DNA from: Octopus sinensis
Taxonomy: Eukaryota
Length of the DNA: 64,000 nt
NCBI RefSeq assembly: GCF_006345805.1
Contig: NC_043013.1
Location: 12,772,001 to 12,836,000, forward strand
Direction: 5' to 3'
In this document: positions 27,076-39,439 of the stretch, piece after piece
Numbering within the stretch: the stretch's first letter is position 1
How the letters are laid out: every line of letters begins with the position of its first letter
Made by a program: the position numbers and the translations under genes
Notes under the pieces: model-generated
Databases searched by the model: none
Told to the model about the DNA's origin: nothing
What the model saw: the letters and a program-made list of their open reading frames with translations, nothing else

Positions 27076-27636
27076 AATGAACAGTTCTGACCTGATATTC
27101 AAATGCAATATATTTGTGCATACCTTTAAATAAAGATAATTGTTTCTAATACGGGCACAAGGCCTGAAATTTGGGAGAACGGTGTAGTCAATTACATCGA
27201 CCCCAGTGCTCAACTGACACTTATTTTCAACGACTCTGAAAGTATGAAAGCCAAAGTCAACCTCAGCAGAATTTGAACACAGAATGTAAAGATGAGTGAA
27301 ATACTGCTAAGCATTTTGTCCAGCATGCTAATGACTCTGCCAGCTTGCAGCCTTAGATAATGTACTCACCAACCTACTAATTCAACATATAGCGATAATA
27401 AAAATTCTTTCTAATGTTCACACAAGACCATCAAGGAAAATAAGAGTTAGTATGATCGACTTCAGTACCTGACTAGTACTTTATTTTGTCAGCCCTGAAA
27501 ATATGAAAGACAAAGTTGACTGTGACAAGATTTGAAATCAGAATATAAAAATTCGAAACAAAAGGGGCAAAATATTTTTTCTGACATTCTAACAATTTCA
27601 TTGGTAGGAACTCTGTGGAACTCACGGCCTAAAATT

Positions 27637-27982
27637 AGCAAAGACGTAGTATGAGCAAATCCTAGATATAAGACTGCAAAGTCCTGTCGGATGCAATGAT
27701 TCGGTGTAACCATCATATCAGACGTCAAAAACTTGACATTGTTGTCGTGAACAAAGAGGAAGAAGAAAGAAATTGAGCAACTACGAGTGTTTTGGATACA
27801 CGAAAGTTGTGGGTAATGAAAAGTGTGAACGTGATACCAATAGTAATTGGCGCCCTTGGCAGTATCAACACTCAACTACCAGCATGGTGCAAAGGGTTGC
27901 TACAAATATAAATATAAATACCCTCAAAAATCAGCACTGCTTGCAGCTCTAAGAGTTCTCCGCAGGGTTCTTGAAGCATGAT
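27637..27982 (+). mobile_element. R4/Dong-like REL endonuclease 3' end
   Basis: LDIVVVNKEE, VIPIVIGALGSI, SALLAALRVLRRVLEA-stop. Confidence 0.8.
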
Positions 27983-28214
27983 CAGTAAACTAATGTCACC
28001 AGAGTCTGCTTGCAGTGAACAGCCGACACTTTCCATCATACCCAGCAAAATAAGCTGAGAGTTTTCATCAAATAATAGGACTATTATTTGATGTAAACTC
28101 TTAAATGGAATCTTGAGGGAGCAAGCAAGTCGATAAAATCGGCCCCAGAACTCACTGGGCTCTTATTTTATTGATCCCGAAAAAGATGAAAGCAAAGTTG
28201 AACGTGGTGGTATT

Positions 28215-30215
28215 TGAAGCTGGAACATAAAGAGCGAGAAGAAATGCCAGTAAGGAGTAAGCGCCTGCCAGCACTCAAGCTGCCAAGCACCCTGCCTTAG
28301 TCTACGCTCCATCCAGGACTCCAGCTCAGTCAGGGGCACGATCTGTGGATCTAACAATCGGTAATCGCACATCCTTATCGTCAAGGAAATATTGGACGTG
28401 TCGCAGGCTCAGAGCGTGACTGCGCATCACTAGACATTGCATGATCGGTCCTCCACTCAGCGTATGTTGACAGCGAAAGAACTGTTTGACCAATAGACCA
28501 CATCTCTTCCACAGAAAAAGAAAAACCAAACGCTTCAATCTCATCAGCCATGAAGTGGAGCAAGGCACGAGAGTCTGGTGATAACATAAGCAAAGTAAGC
28601 CTCTCATGGACAGTTTCTTCACAGCCCATTTCTGACTGAAACTAGCCACCCCACAAATCACGTCTCCCAGGTCTGTTCCACTTGGAGATTTGGATCAAAC
28701 CAAATCGTGAGCAATTTAACCGGTACAGTCGTCCACTACCCCATGATGCTGTTGGACGGCATGGACCTGCTTCTCCAGGTACCCAGATGCAATCTCACCG
28801 ACGTCTTCTGGTTAACTTTTGTTCCTGTCCCCGTCTAGCAGCTCCCCAGTGTAGTACCAATCAGCTCCGACATTATTTCACTGACAATTACCCGCTTCTG
28901 CAATCATGGATCTTTCATGCCAGAGTTCTGACGGGATGCCCCCAACCCATTTAACCCCCCAAATTCAGAGGAAGTAACTCTTAGGACAGTACGTACAGAA
29001 GAGAAAGGGAAGAGAGGTGTCATCCTTGACGGTCGGAGTGCTTGATACTAAACAGTACCGATAGGTGACTATTTAAAGTTACCACCAAGCAAATGACACA
29101 ATAAATTGTAATGATCTAGCTTCTGCAGACGAGCCCGAATCCAATTACTTTGTGGAATGCCACCAAGTATTAATGGTCAACTCTATCAAACGGTTCCAAC
29201 TGATTTAAATTAACCAGAACCCCACCTATGCCAGGCTTTTTACCTAAATTTTCTGTGGTGCACCATGTGAGGTGGAGATTGTTATAGATAAATCTGTTTG
29301 CTATAGCACATTTAGTACCTCATCTATCGGAGTATCGAGGACCAGCACCGACTTTTTCGATAATATTTTGGTCAAAATCTTCAAACCATCTCCCTTGTTC
29401 GGGTCCTTTCTCAGCTACACTTCTTTCCACAGAACTGGATATTCCCACGTTTATTGCCAGTTGCATTAGAAATCTGTCAAGCAGTCCCTGAATAAGTCTG
29501 GCATATGACGATAAAGCTTGAAGGATAGACCATCAGGCCCCGGCGACTCCTCCATCGTCCAGCCCGATATTGTTTCCCGTATTTCATCAGCTGATATCGG
29601 CTTTTTACAGAACTTCGCATTCCAGGCCAAGAGCCATGGCACACCATCGATGTAGGCAGTAAAGCTCATCTCCATCCATCGTCCACCATCGACTAGCCAC
29701 CCCAAATAGTTGAGCGAAGTGTCACATCTGCTGTAGTAGATCGTCACGCACCCTTCCAAATTCCCCAAAGGTCGAATTGTGGCCTTGTTGCTGCATTGAG
29801 CATCTTCCACCCTTATTCCTTCGATCGCATACTCTAGCTCTGAAAATTCAACCTTCGTGCTTAGTGTAGAAGAATAGATCAAGGGCCACATGTGCTGCCA
29901 GTATGTGAGACATGCATTCAAGATGGTGTTGCAATTACACACTAGCACTAAAGATCGGGACGTTCCTAGGAAACCCTCGAAAGGCCTGAATAAATCCTGC
30001 TTCCTTTCCACAGTGAAGAACACACAGTTATCAGTCTAAAGGCATCACCTTCGCTACTGTTCACATCTACAACTAATAACATAGAGTCCAGGAAGACAAA
30101 ACGCATCTTGAGAATCATGTCTGCCCAGGTCCACGAAAATTGAATGGATCTCTAGTCCCAGGTCTTTCCGAAATAGTCCTGTCACTTCGCCACCCCACCA
30201 CCCATTCCAGATTTA
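28215..30215 (-). mobile_element. Decayed Tx1/L1-clade LINE (APE + RT)
   Basis: PISADEIRETISGWTMEESPGPDGLSFKLY; GGVLVNLNQLEPFDRVDH (DQSKAFDRVDH-like); APE remnant FRKDLGLEIHSIF...AFRLITV. Confidence 0.8.
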
Positions 30216-31809
30216 ATAAGAAATGTGAAGATATTGAATCTGCTACAAACGGGTGCAAATTTGTGTGTATTCGAATTCCTAGTCTCGCTGATGATTATTA
30301 CATCCAAACCTAGTAATTTGCGCTCATTAAGCAGGCAACCCCGTAAAATAATATTAAGCATTCATAAAGATTGCTACAACAATTTAATTACAACACTGGA
30401 CGTCAATAATGTGTTTGTGAATGTTTTTCATTCGGTCATCCATTCATTTTGTTTGTAGGTTAACATTGTGTGCATGTTTTCCCTTTACAATAATTCATTA
30501 TAAATTAATAAAAACACTCTAAATAAACTGAAGAAAAAAGACCTAATAGTGGAAACTCATTATTGCTTCTCTCTTAAATGAATTCATAAAACCTTTTCAC
30601 ATATTTAAAAAGCAAGAGAATTTCTAGTTCCAAGATACAAAGTTTGAGCAACATAGGAAAGTTGATGCTGATTTAAATATATACTGCATCTGATTTATGA
30701 AATTTATAAAGAAAATAAAGACTAGTTACGAAACCTAGGAATGCTTGATGCATTTTTAAAGTAATGAGATACACCTTCTACTCATGTGAACTAAGTTCAA
30801 GTTGCAAAGCCACATCAAGTGATGAATCCATATGAACAGCAAATGAAAATTGAGGGATAAAATAGAAAAAAACTAGAGACATTTTCTTATTTAACATTTT
30901 AAATGATGTATTTAACCAAATGATCGTTTATTCGGAAACTGCTTGCTTTTTATCAAAACCTTCCAAAAACTGCTTGCTTCAAATCTCATCACTGACGATA
31001 TAATCATTCGAATTATTAAGTTGAGATCTTTCTGTATGTAAAATGAAGTAGATGAAATAAATTAATACATAAAAGGGGAGAGAGAGAGAGAGAGAGAGAA
31101 AAAAAAAAGGAAAGCAAAGAATGGGTCAGATATAATTAAAACTGAACAATTGGTAGAAGTCTGTCCGCATGAAATATCCTGAAAGTAGACCTTTTGCAAA
31201 ATCTAAAACCTCTGAATGATATGGCTACATATGCTGCCACATTCTTATGAAAGTATTGTAATACACACACACACACACAATGTTTTTTACAATATTGCCG
31301 ATGTATTATCGTTCACCAAACTTATGTAAAAATGGACACATGCTCAAGCAATGTGAGGGATGCCAAGAAGGGAGCGGGTAGGTGAGAGAAAGTATGAAAA
31401 CAATAAGTGCATAAGACACCAACATGAAGACGGAAGTAGTGAGAGGCAGATGTTGTTCAAGGTCAAAAAAATCATTGATACTATGATTTTAATTTTCAAA
31501 CTTGTTAACATTTACCTGCATTATAATGAGGGTGGAGCGAAATAAAGGCAGTTTTCCGAAATTAGTGATCATATATCTCTTTTTCTATAAGTATGAAATT
31601 CAGTAACCTGAGGTTCCGCAAAACAAAGGATGCCTGTATAAACGGCGTGAGGTATTTTAAGCACTTATTTATGTCTATTAACTTACAAGATTAGGAAAGG
31701 TATTATGTTAGAAAATCAAGCATTTATTATTAGTCGTGACCCTTGGATTAATGGGATTGATATGAAGTTATTGAACCAAAAAACAAAAATTAGCGTGGGT
31801 GAGTCTGTG

Positions 31810-32050
31810 TGATGGCACATGACCAAACGGTTAGGGTGCTGCTCCTGTAATCGTCTGTTCGATTTCCAGGCCCGGTGGTGTGTTGGGTTTTTGAGCTAAA
31901 CGCTTCATTTCACGTTGTTCTGCAACCACTTGGACATCTCATTTGTGGCAACTAAGCACCTATACAGGTGATGTCGATTTGATGGAGAAAGCGAGCTAAT
32001 GCGCAGCACGAACACGTGATCATAATAAAAAAAAATCATTTGTAGGTTGT
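31810..32050 (+). mobile_element. Old tRNA-derived SINE
   Basis: atggcacatgaccaaacggttagggtg head, gttcgatttcc B box, body tttgagctaaacgcttcatttcacgttg. Confidence 0.55.
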
Positions 32051-32130
32051 TCAGAAAGGAAATACAGAACCGTCATTCTTGAAATCGTGACTATAATTAA
32101 AAAATATTTGAAAGAAATCGTTTTTTGGTT

Positions 32131-32302
32131 TCGTAAAGTATACTAGCCATCTCAATATGGCTAACCACTAAGGGTGGGTGTTACTGTAGCTTTTAGCCCC
32201 AGGAGATCATCGTCTCCAGCTGGCTTTAGGCAGACTTTCTGTGCTACAGTAACACCCACCCTTAGTGGTTAGCCATATTAAGATGACTAGTATACTTTAC
32301 GA
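32131..32302. repeat. Fold-back element: 60-bp inverted arms around a structured core
   Basis: 32131-32190 vs 32243-32302 with two mismatches; core ttagccccaggagatcatcgtctccagctggct. Confidence 0.9.
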
Positions 32303-33020
32303 TGTCGAGCAGTTACTGTTTACATCTCATTCAGAGATTTATTATTGTTTTTTGGTTTCTCATCCAGAAATCTGCTTTCCATTGTTCTCCACCATACATT
32401 CGGCTTTCCAACAAGTATAAATACAAAGCATTGGCGTGGGTCGGTCGTTTTCGCTTCCATAAGTTCTATGCCTATCGCTATCTAGCAAGCACCTCTTCCT
32501 AACAGACATACATGTTACCAAAGTGGCGAGAGCTTCATCATTGTCATTCTCCCTTTACCACTATTTAACAACCGACTATTACAGACAACCTTTGTATACC
32601 TAATCTAACGCGGAATTCAAAGGAAAATAAATCTGGCACGCAAGAACTTTCATCACCATGTTGATTCTTATGGTTTATATTACACTGTCTCACGGAGTTT
32701 GAACACTCTAACAGTATCATAACCTGTTACACACACTCATACTCATACACACGTCTTTGTGTCTATGTTTGTCCCCCACCACCACCACCACCGCTTGGCA
32801 ACCGGTGCTGATATGTTTATGTTCCCGTAAGTTAGCGGTTCGGCTGATGAAGACTATAGAGTAAGTATCAGGCTTTAAACAATAAGTACTAGTGCCGCTA
32901 TATTTGACTAAAAGTTCTTCAAGGCGGTGCCCCAGCATGGCCTCAGTCTATTGACTGAAGAAAATAAAAAAATAGAAAATAAAAGAACAGATAGATAGAC
33001 AGACAGATAGATAAACTGAC

Positions 33021-33108
<88 letters not shown>

Positions 33109-33114
33109 CTTGAA

Positions 33115-33275
33115 TATCTCATCCTACTCCAGCAGCGTCGTCTGCGTTGGCTCGGTTACGTGCATCGAATACCGAACGGAAGGATTTGAAAACCTCCTGT
33201 ACCGGGAATTGGCCACCGGCACAAGAGCACGAGAAGGACTTCATCTTCGGTTCAAGGACGTCTACAAGGGAGTTA
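33115..33275 (+). mobile_element. RTE LINE 3' fragment
   Basis: LLQQRRLRWLGYVHRIPNGRI...LLYRELATGTRAREGLHLRFKDVYK. Confidence 0.75.
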
Positions 33276-33425
33276 TGTGTATTATAGATGCATACATTAT
33301 ATATATATATATATATAAAAGATGTTTACATACAATATATATATATATGTTATATACATCTACATGTATATGTATGTATGAATATATAAGTACCACAGAA
33401 TTTGAATCAAACTGTTTTGATCCAT

Positions 33426-33458
<33 letters not shown>

Positions 33459-34523
33459 TACATACATACATACATACACAAATACTAAAATTACATCGCT
33501 GGAGCATTACTACAACCATTACTACAACCTCCAATGCCACCACAACCATCTTATTTATGTATTTTTTGTTATACAATTTATTTTTAAGCTGAATCCCTAT
33601 CCTGCCATTAACCTCCTTCTTATAAAATAGTTGAAGAATCTGGGGTGTAGGAATTGGGCCAGTATTGGAACTTTTAACTTCTTGCTCTCTATATTATGAT
33701 CTCCGAAATTTAAGAATCTTGTGTTAACTGGGCTCTTATTATTTACTCTGACTCTGCCACCTCCTCAATGCAAAGACTATCAATATCAGATTCATCTTCA
33801 CAACCACCACTACAACCATTACTACAACCTCCAATGCCACCACCACAACCATCTTCTGCAACCACAACCCCAAGACCAATACCAAAATCACCAATTTCTC
33901 CACCACTACACTCTGCAATGTCTTCAACACTACCATCCATGACACATCCTAACATAATCAATGCCACTACTACTATCATCATCATTATCATCATCATCCA
34001 CTGCCGCCACCACCACCACCACCTCTACAAAAACACCAACACTATAATTGCTGCCATCATACACATCCACTGTCACCACTACACCACCACCACCACCACC
34101 ACTGCCATGATAACCACATCTACCACAGCTGTTTGCTTACTTCTTACCCACGCCGTTTAAAATTTTCACAAAATAGCTGTCTACGTCACAGTAACACTAT
34201 GCAGATGATGATTTCAGATCAAAACAGACAATACGATTGGTTAAAATTCGCAGATTTAAACTACGTTTAAACTTACAAAATACATTTTTCTCAAAAAAAC
34301 TAGTTGAAATTAATGTTTTCTTTTGACACATTCTAGCAGTATACGAAGTTTCAAATTATTTAGTTGACTAGAAAAATATGTCCTTCTTTTAGAAATGATC
34401 CGGTCCAGTAGTCATATAGGCGAGGGGAAGTGTAACAGAAACTCGCAACCAAAGAAAAACGCACTTGACGGATGCCTACTCCTCCTCCCCTTCCACCACC
34501 TCCTCCGCCGCCGCCTCCTCTTC

Positions 34524-34561
<38 letters not shown>

Positions 34562-34885
34562 GCTACTATATCTCAGAATTTTAATTGATTTGCTTTTCGC
34601 AGGAAGGAAGTTTCTTCGAAGTATACGTCTCGCTTTTATCCTTCGAAACGTAGAGTAGATGAAACCTTAGCGACTGAAGAAGGGGATTTTTCGTTGTGCT
34701 TATTGTCCTGTATCTCTTTTTTTTCTTTTTTGCTTGTCCTGTTCCTTGGTTTGTGTCTATGTTTTTCGTCTCTCTATGTGTTCGACGTCTTTTTGGTGTC
34801 CTGTACACATATATGCGTGTATATGTACATGTAGAGGTAGGTACGTACATATATGTTTATATATATGCATATGTTCTATTTTATT

Positions 34886-34939
<54 letters not shown>

Positions 34940-34952
34940 TAGATAGATAGAT

Positions 34953-35013
<61 letters not shown>

Positions 35014-35712
35014 TTATATTTATATATAATAACAACTGATGGATAAAGGTTCACTACAGCTGTTTGTAATGTGTTTTTATTGAGGAACAGAACTGTAACA
35101 TCATGCAAAAGAAAAACCCGTTTTCATCAGGTGAAATAGGTCAAAATTAACAATTACAGTTTCTCATGAAAATTAACATAGAGGCATGTGACTCGACGAT
35201 TCCAATGTCGATCATAGTGGGAAAGGACTGAGATAGTAATAAGCTTATGGTTAGGAGATCGTTTCGTGGCTGGAAAGAGAAAGAAAGAAAAAGAACAGAG
35301 GAATACAGGAGAATAAAGGATGGAAGGATGAGAGAAAGACTAATGCGAGGGAGAAAAAGAAGATAATGCTTTATCCTTCTATCCTTTAAAGCTTATAAAT
35401 AAAATTATCTTAGTTTTAGTAGAGTTGAGAGAAGAACGAAGACGCACGCACATTTCGATAGATACCTTATATATTTGTTATATTTCTGTAACTTTTAATA
35501 ATTTATAACCCTATTACTATTTATATTTCATATGTATTGTAGAAAACTCACATATTTCATATTCTACATCACATACCAAATCGTATATTTCGGGAATAAA
35601 TATGCATGTGTATTTGTGTATATCTCTAACTAGGGTCTGAAGAAGCGCTATAAAATTAAGCACTTCATGGACATGAAACCCAGGGTAACCCCATATAGCA
35701 GCCATATCTAAA

Positions 35713-35775
<63 letters not shown>

Positions 35776-35778
<3 letters not shown>

Positions 35779-36154
35779 AAACAAGTCAAAAATAGAAAAT
35801 GCTAAAATAATTTTATAGTGAACATTTCAGTACCGGTTTCGGTCATTTTGAGACCTTTTCAACTGTAACGATTAAATAATTAAATTTAGAAAAATTAGAA
35901 GAAAAGTTTTTTTAAAAGAATATTTCTATAGTAGTGTTCAGATTTAAGTGGCATTCTGCCTTTCTCTGACTCCCTTGTTTGCACTTGTGTGTTGAAGGTC
36001 GTTGTGAGTTCTTGGTAGGGTAGTAGAGGAAGAAGGCTGGTGAGGAAAGGGGGTGGGAGAATCTGGGAGTGCCCTGATGGTCGTATTTTGAATGGTCAGT
36101 GGCGGCTGGCAGTCTCAGTTCAATTCAGGAGAATATTTATATTGACAGGCTTGT
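35776..36154 (-). repeat. Penelope 3' pLTR (left arm of inverted repeat)
   Basis: Reverse complement of 38744-39123; only homopolymer-length differences were noticed. Confidence 0.95.
35828..35865 (-). ncRNA. Minimal hammerhead ribozyme, U3-A8 variant (sense to Penelope ORF)
   Basis: cag-TTGAAAA-ggtc/gacc-GAAA-ccgg-TA-ctg; stems I and II intact, palindromic accggt stem III, GUA triplet. Confidence 0.7.
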
Positions 36155-36227
36155 TTATAGAATTAGCGTAGGTGTTATACTAAAAAACATTAGTGACAAA
36201 GTTAAGGGGTAGGGGGTGGAGAAGTAG

Positions 36228-36470
36228 AAGAGGAAGAAGAAGAAGAAGAAGAAGAAGAAGAAGAAGAAGGAGAAGGAGAAGATGACGATGATGGTGATGG
36301 TGGTGATGATTATGACGACGATGATGATGATAATGATGATGATGAAGAAGAAGAAGAAGAAGGAGGAGAAGGAGAAGATGGTGGTGATGATGATGACGAC
36401 GATGATGATGATAATGATGGTGATGAAGAAGAAGAGGAAGAAGAAGAAGAAGAAAAAAACAGAGAAGGGA
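36228..36470. repeat. Compound (GAA)n/(GAT)n triplet array with higher-order duplication
   Basis: The GAA/GAG-GAT block occurs twice between the GIY-YIG stop and the pLTR. Confidence 0.85.
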
Positions 36471-36586
36471 GAATATGAATGGGTGTAAGTTTAGCTATGA
36501 AGGGGCTGATTAGTAATGGATTCTATGGAGTGTAATATTTGTGTGTGTATATATATTTTTTTCTTTTATTCTAAAGTTGAGGTATA

Positions 36587-37114
36587 TTAATTGTTTGTCG
36601 TAGACCCGTTAAGAAGTGGCTTGTATTTTGTAATAAAGAGATTTTCTTTACTTATTCGTTGTCTCGAGGTTGTATCGTCCCTAAATTGGTAGAGGGGGAA
36701 AATTCTGAAGTTTGGTGTTTTTTTGTTGGCGCAAGTATCTATGTGTTGGCTAAAAGCTATTTTTCTGTTTTGGGGAATTTTTATCTGGGATCTGTGCAGG
36801 GCCATTCGTTTACGCAAACCATTTTTTGTTTGGCCTATGTACTGCTCTTGACACCCGGAGCAGGTTAGTGAGTATATTAGGTTCTCCGAAGCACATGTGA
36901 AGTTGCTTTTCACTGTAAACCGTTGTCCCTGTTTGAAGGAGAACTCTGAGCCCTCAATTAGATAGTCGCATATCCCGCAATTGGGTCTTCCACATTTTTT
37001 TACTGTCGGCTTCTGTGTTGAAGAGTGAATTCGGGCTTGTGTAAGGAGACTTTTCATGGATCTAGGCTGTCTTTTGCTTTTTATGATCGTGTGTGTTTGG
37101 AGGATTGTGTTCAT
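36587..37114 (-). CDS. Penelope GIY-YIG endonuclease (frameshifted continuation of RT ORF)
   Basis: NLIYSLTCSGCQEQYIGQT...RKRMALHR...RISKENLFITKYKPLLN. Removing one base from the T8 run at 37124-37131 fuses it to the RT frame (PLLKKDHRMNTIL). Confidence 0.9.
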   Translation of the reverse strand: MNTILQTHTIIKSKRQPRSMKSLLTQARIHSSTQKPTVKKCGRPNCGICDYLIEGSEFSFKQGQRFTVKSNFTCASENLIYSLTCSGCQEQYIGQTKNGLRKRMALHRSQIKIPQNRKIAFSQHIDTCANKKTPNFRIFPLYQFRDDTTSRQRISKENLFITKYKPLLNGSTTNN

Positions 37115-38810
37115 TCTGTGGTCTTTTTTTTAGGAGGGGTATGTTGTGGAGGATGGTGTCGAAGGCTTCGTTATTGAGAGGGTTGTGTGTGGAGATGTAT
37201 GGTAAGGCTTTTGGTTGTAAGTTTTTCTTTGATTTGGGATGTCTCAGTTCCTTGATGTTAAGTTGAAGGGCACGTTGAATGCACTTGTCAATAAGTGAAG
37301 GTGGATAGTTCCTGGTGATTAGGGTATCTTTTAGTTCTTGTAGTCGTGTGTCTCTGGTGTTTGCGTTAGAGACTATAGTGCATATCCTTTTTGCTAGATT
37401 GAAGGGGATATTCATCCTGGTGTGTCTGGGGTGGCATGAATTGAATGGAAGATATTGCTTAGAGTCTGTAGGCTTATAGTATATGTCTGTTTCTATTATA
37501 TTATTAGCTTTCTTAATGAGGATATCGAGGAAGGGGAGTTGTTGTTGGCTATATTCCATCGTGAATTGGATGTTTACGTCCAGTCCGTTTAAAATTTTCT
37601 CGAATTCTATGAGTTTTTCTATATTTTTATGCCAAAGGATGAAACAGTCATCTAGATATCTCTTCCAGTTGTTTTCTATGTAGATGGAGAAAGGACTGCC
37701 ATATCTTTCTAGAACCTTACGATACAGACTGATCTCTAGGTATCCTATGACTAGGTTGGCAAAGGAGGGGGCCATTCGTGTACCCATCGCAGTCCCCGAT
37801 TTTTGTCGGTAGAAGTTGTCATTGAAGGCGAAGAAGTTATTTTCCAGGATGAATTTAACCCCTTCTATCACAAATTCTTTTTTGATGCGGTGTGGTAGTT
37901 CGTTGGCGTGATTCTCTAGCCAGAATTGGATTGCCTCTAGTCCTAGGTTGTGGGGGATATTGGAGTAGAGGTTGACTACATCGAAGGATACCAGTATGGT
38001 GTTTTTGTTTATAGTATTCGGTAGGTGATTGAGCATATCTAAGTCGTCCCTTATATAGCTTTTGACATGTTTGAGGAGTGGTTTTAACAGGGTGTCTAAA
38101 AAGTTACTGAGGCGGTGGGTTTCGCATGCGGGACCTGCTATTATAGGTCTCAATTTGAGGTCATTAGGATTAGGGACTTTAATTATTATGTCTGTAGCTA
38201 TCTTGCATGCGTTGCTTATTTTTTTACTTTTGTGGATCTTAGGTATACCGTAGAATTGGCTAGTTTTACTTGTGAAATTGGTCATATAATCATATTCTTT
38301 GTCGGTGAGCCCTGCTTTGTATGGGTTTAATATGGATTTTAGTTCCCTCATTATTTTTTGTTGACTGTAGTTTTGTGCCTTTTCATAGTATGTTGTGTCT
38401 TCCAGCATAGAAAGTACCAAAGTTATGTAAAATGTCGTATCCATTAAGACAACAGCACTCCCTTTATCGGCCTCTTTGATTGTTATTGTTTTATCTAGTT
38501 TTAATTTGTTCAACTCAGCCCATTCTTTTTTGCTGAAGTTTGGTTTGTGTTTTTGCTTGTGCATATGTTGATATGGGTAATTTGATATGTGGTCAGAGAA
38601 ATCATCAAGTGTTTTATTCTTACCTTTCGAGGGGGTGTAGTTACTCCTATTTCTGGCTAACGATTCGTCCTCGTTGTATTTATCGTATAGCTCCTCAGTA
38701 AGTCTTAATTTTCTGCAGAATTCTGCGATGTCTTCTTTCATTGACAAGCCTGTCAATATAAATATTCTCCTGAATTGAACTGAGACTGCCAGCCGCCACT
38801 GACCATTCAA
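37062..38810 (-). CDS. Penelope reverse transcriptase (582-aa ORF)
   Basis: ORF track; KEADKGSAVV, FYGIPKIHK, LRPII, LVSFDVVNLYSNIP, RYLDD. The first ~22 codons come from the inverted repeat. Confidence 0.93.
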   Translation of the reverse strand: MNGQWRLAVSVQFRRIFILTGLSMKEDIAEFCRKLRLTEELYDKYNEDESLARNRSNYTPSKGKNKTLDDFSDHISNYPYQHMHKQKHKPNFSKKEWAELNKLKLDKTITIKEADKGSAVVLMDTTFYITLVLSMLEDTTYYEKAQNYSQQKIMRELKSILNPYKAGLTDKEYDYMTNFTSKTSQFYGIPKIHKSKKISNACKIATDIIIKVPNPNDLKLRPIIAGPACETHRLSNFLDTLLKPLLKHVKSYIRDDLDMLNHLPNTINKNTILVSFDVVNLYSNIPHNLGLEAIQFWLENHANELPHRIKKEFVIEGVKFILENNFFAFNDNFYRQKSGTAMGTRMAPSFANLVIGYLEISLYRKVLERYGSPFSIYIENNWKRYLDDCFILWHKNIEKLIEFEKILNGLDVNIQFTMEYSQQQLPFLDILIKKANNIIETDIYYKPTDSKQYLPFNSCHPRHTRMNIPFNLAKRICTIVSNANTRDTRLQELKDTLITRNYPPSLIDKCIQRALQLNIKELRHPKSKKNLQPKALPYISTHNPLNNEAFDTILHNIPLLKKRPQNEHNPPNTHDHKKQKTA

Positions 38811-39123
38811 AATACGACCATCAGGGCACTCCCAGATTCTCCCACCCCCCTTTCCTCACCAGCCTTCTTCCTCTACTACCCTACCAAGAACTCACAACGA
38901 CCTTCAACACACAAGTGCAAACAAGGGAGTCAGAGAAAGGCAGAATGCCACTTAAATCTGAACACTACTATAGAAATATTCTTTTAAAAAAACTTTTCTT
39001 CTAATTTTTCTAAATTTAATTATTTAATCGTTACAGTTGAAAAGGTCTCAAAATGACCGAAACCGGTACTGAAATGTTCACTATAAAATTATTTTAGCAT
39101 TTTCTATTTTTGACTTGTTTTTT
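38744..39123 (+). repeat. Inverted pLTR copy at the Penelope 5' end
   Basis: Reverse complement of 35776-36154. Confidence 0.95.
39034..39071 (+). ncRNA. Same U3-A8 hammerhead in the inverted copy
   Basis: Identical sequence on the opposite strand. Confidence 0.7.
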
Positions 39124-39162
39124 TATATATATCAACTCGTGTGTTCCTTTTCACCCTTATAC

Positions 39163-39206
<44 letters not shown>

Positions 39207-39249
39207 TGGTTGTATACTGTCAACATAACGTGACAGTCCCGTATGGGAA

Positions 39250-39382
39250 TATTACAGCACCGCTGTTTAGCCCTAGGAAGCATCGAACGCTTCCTGTCGG
39301 CTTTGACACATTTCCCGTGTCCTTATATTTGTGAAGGGGAGGCAAGCACCCCCACCAGCCAAGATTCACACCTGAGGACATG

Positions 39383-39385
<3 letters not shown>
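39250..39385 (+). other. Third copy of the unassigned structured motif
   Basis: ttagccctaggaagcatcgaacgcttcctgtcggctttgacacatttcccgtgtcctt; same hairpin layout as the 14.5 kb and 32.2 kb copies. Confidence 0.55.

Positions 39386-39439
<54 letters not shown>

Larger units (their letters stand above)
35776..39123 (-). mobile_element. Penelope-like retroelement (probably Neptune-like), 5'-truncated with inverted pLTR copy
   Basis: RT with GTAMGTRMAPSFANL and WKRYLDD; Cys linker CGRPNCGIC; GIY-YIG IYSLTC...YIGQT; flanked by inverted repeats 35776-36154 and 38744-39123. Confidence 0.95.

Noticed and set aside
33721-34160. Pro/Thr/His-rich ORFs (e.g. 33768-34160) resembling a mucin or extensin
   Set aside because: Degenerate (CAC/CAA/CAT)n triplet sequence, open in several frames, with no splice or domain support.
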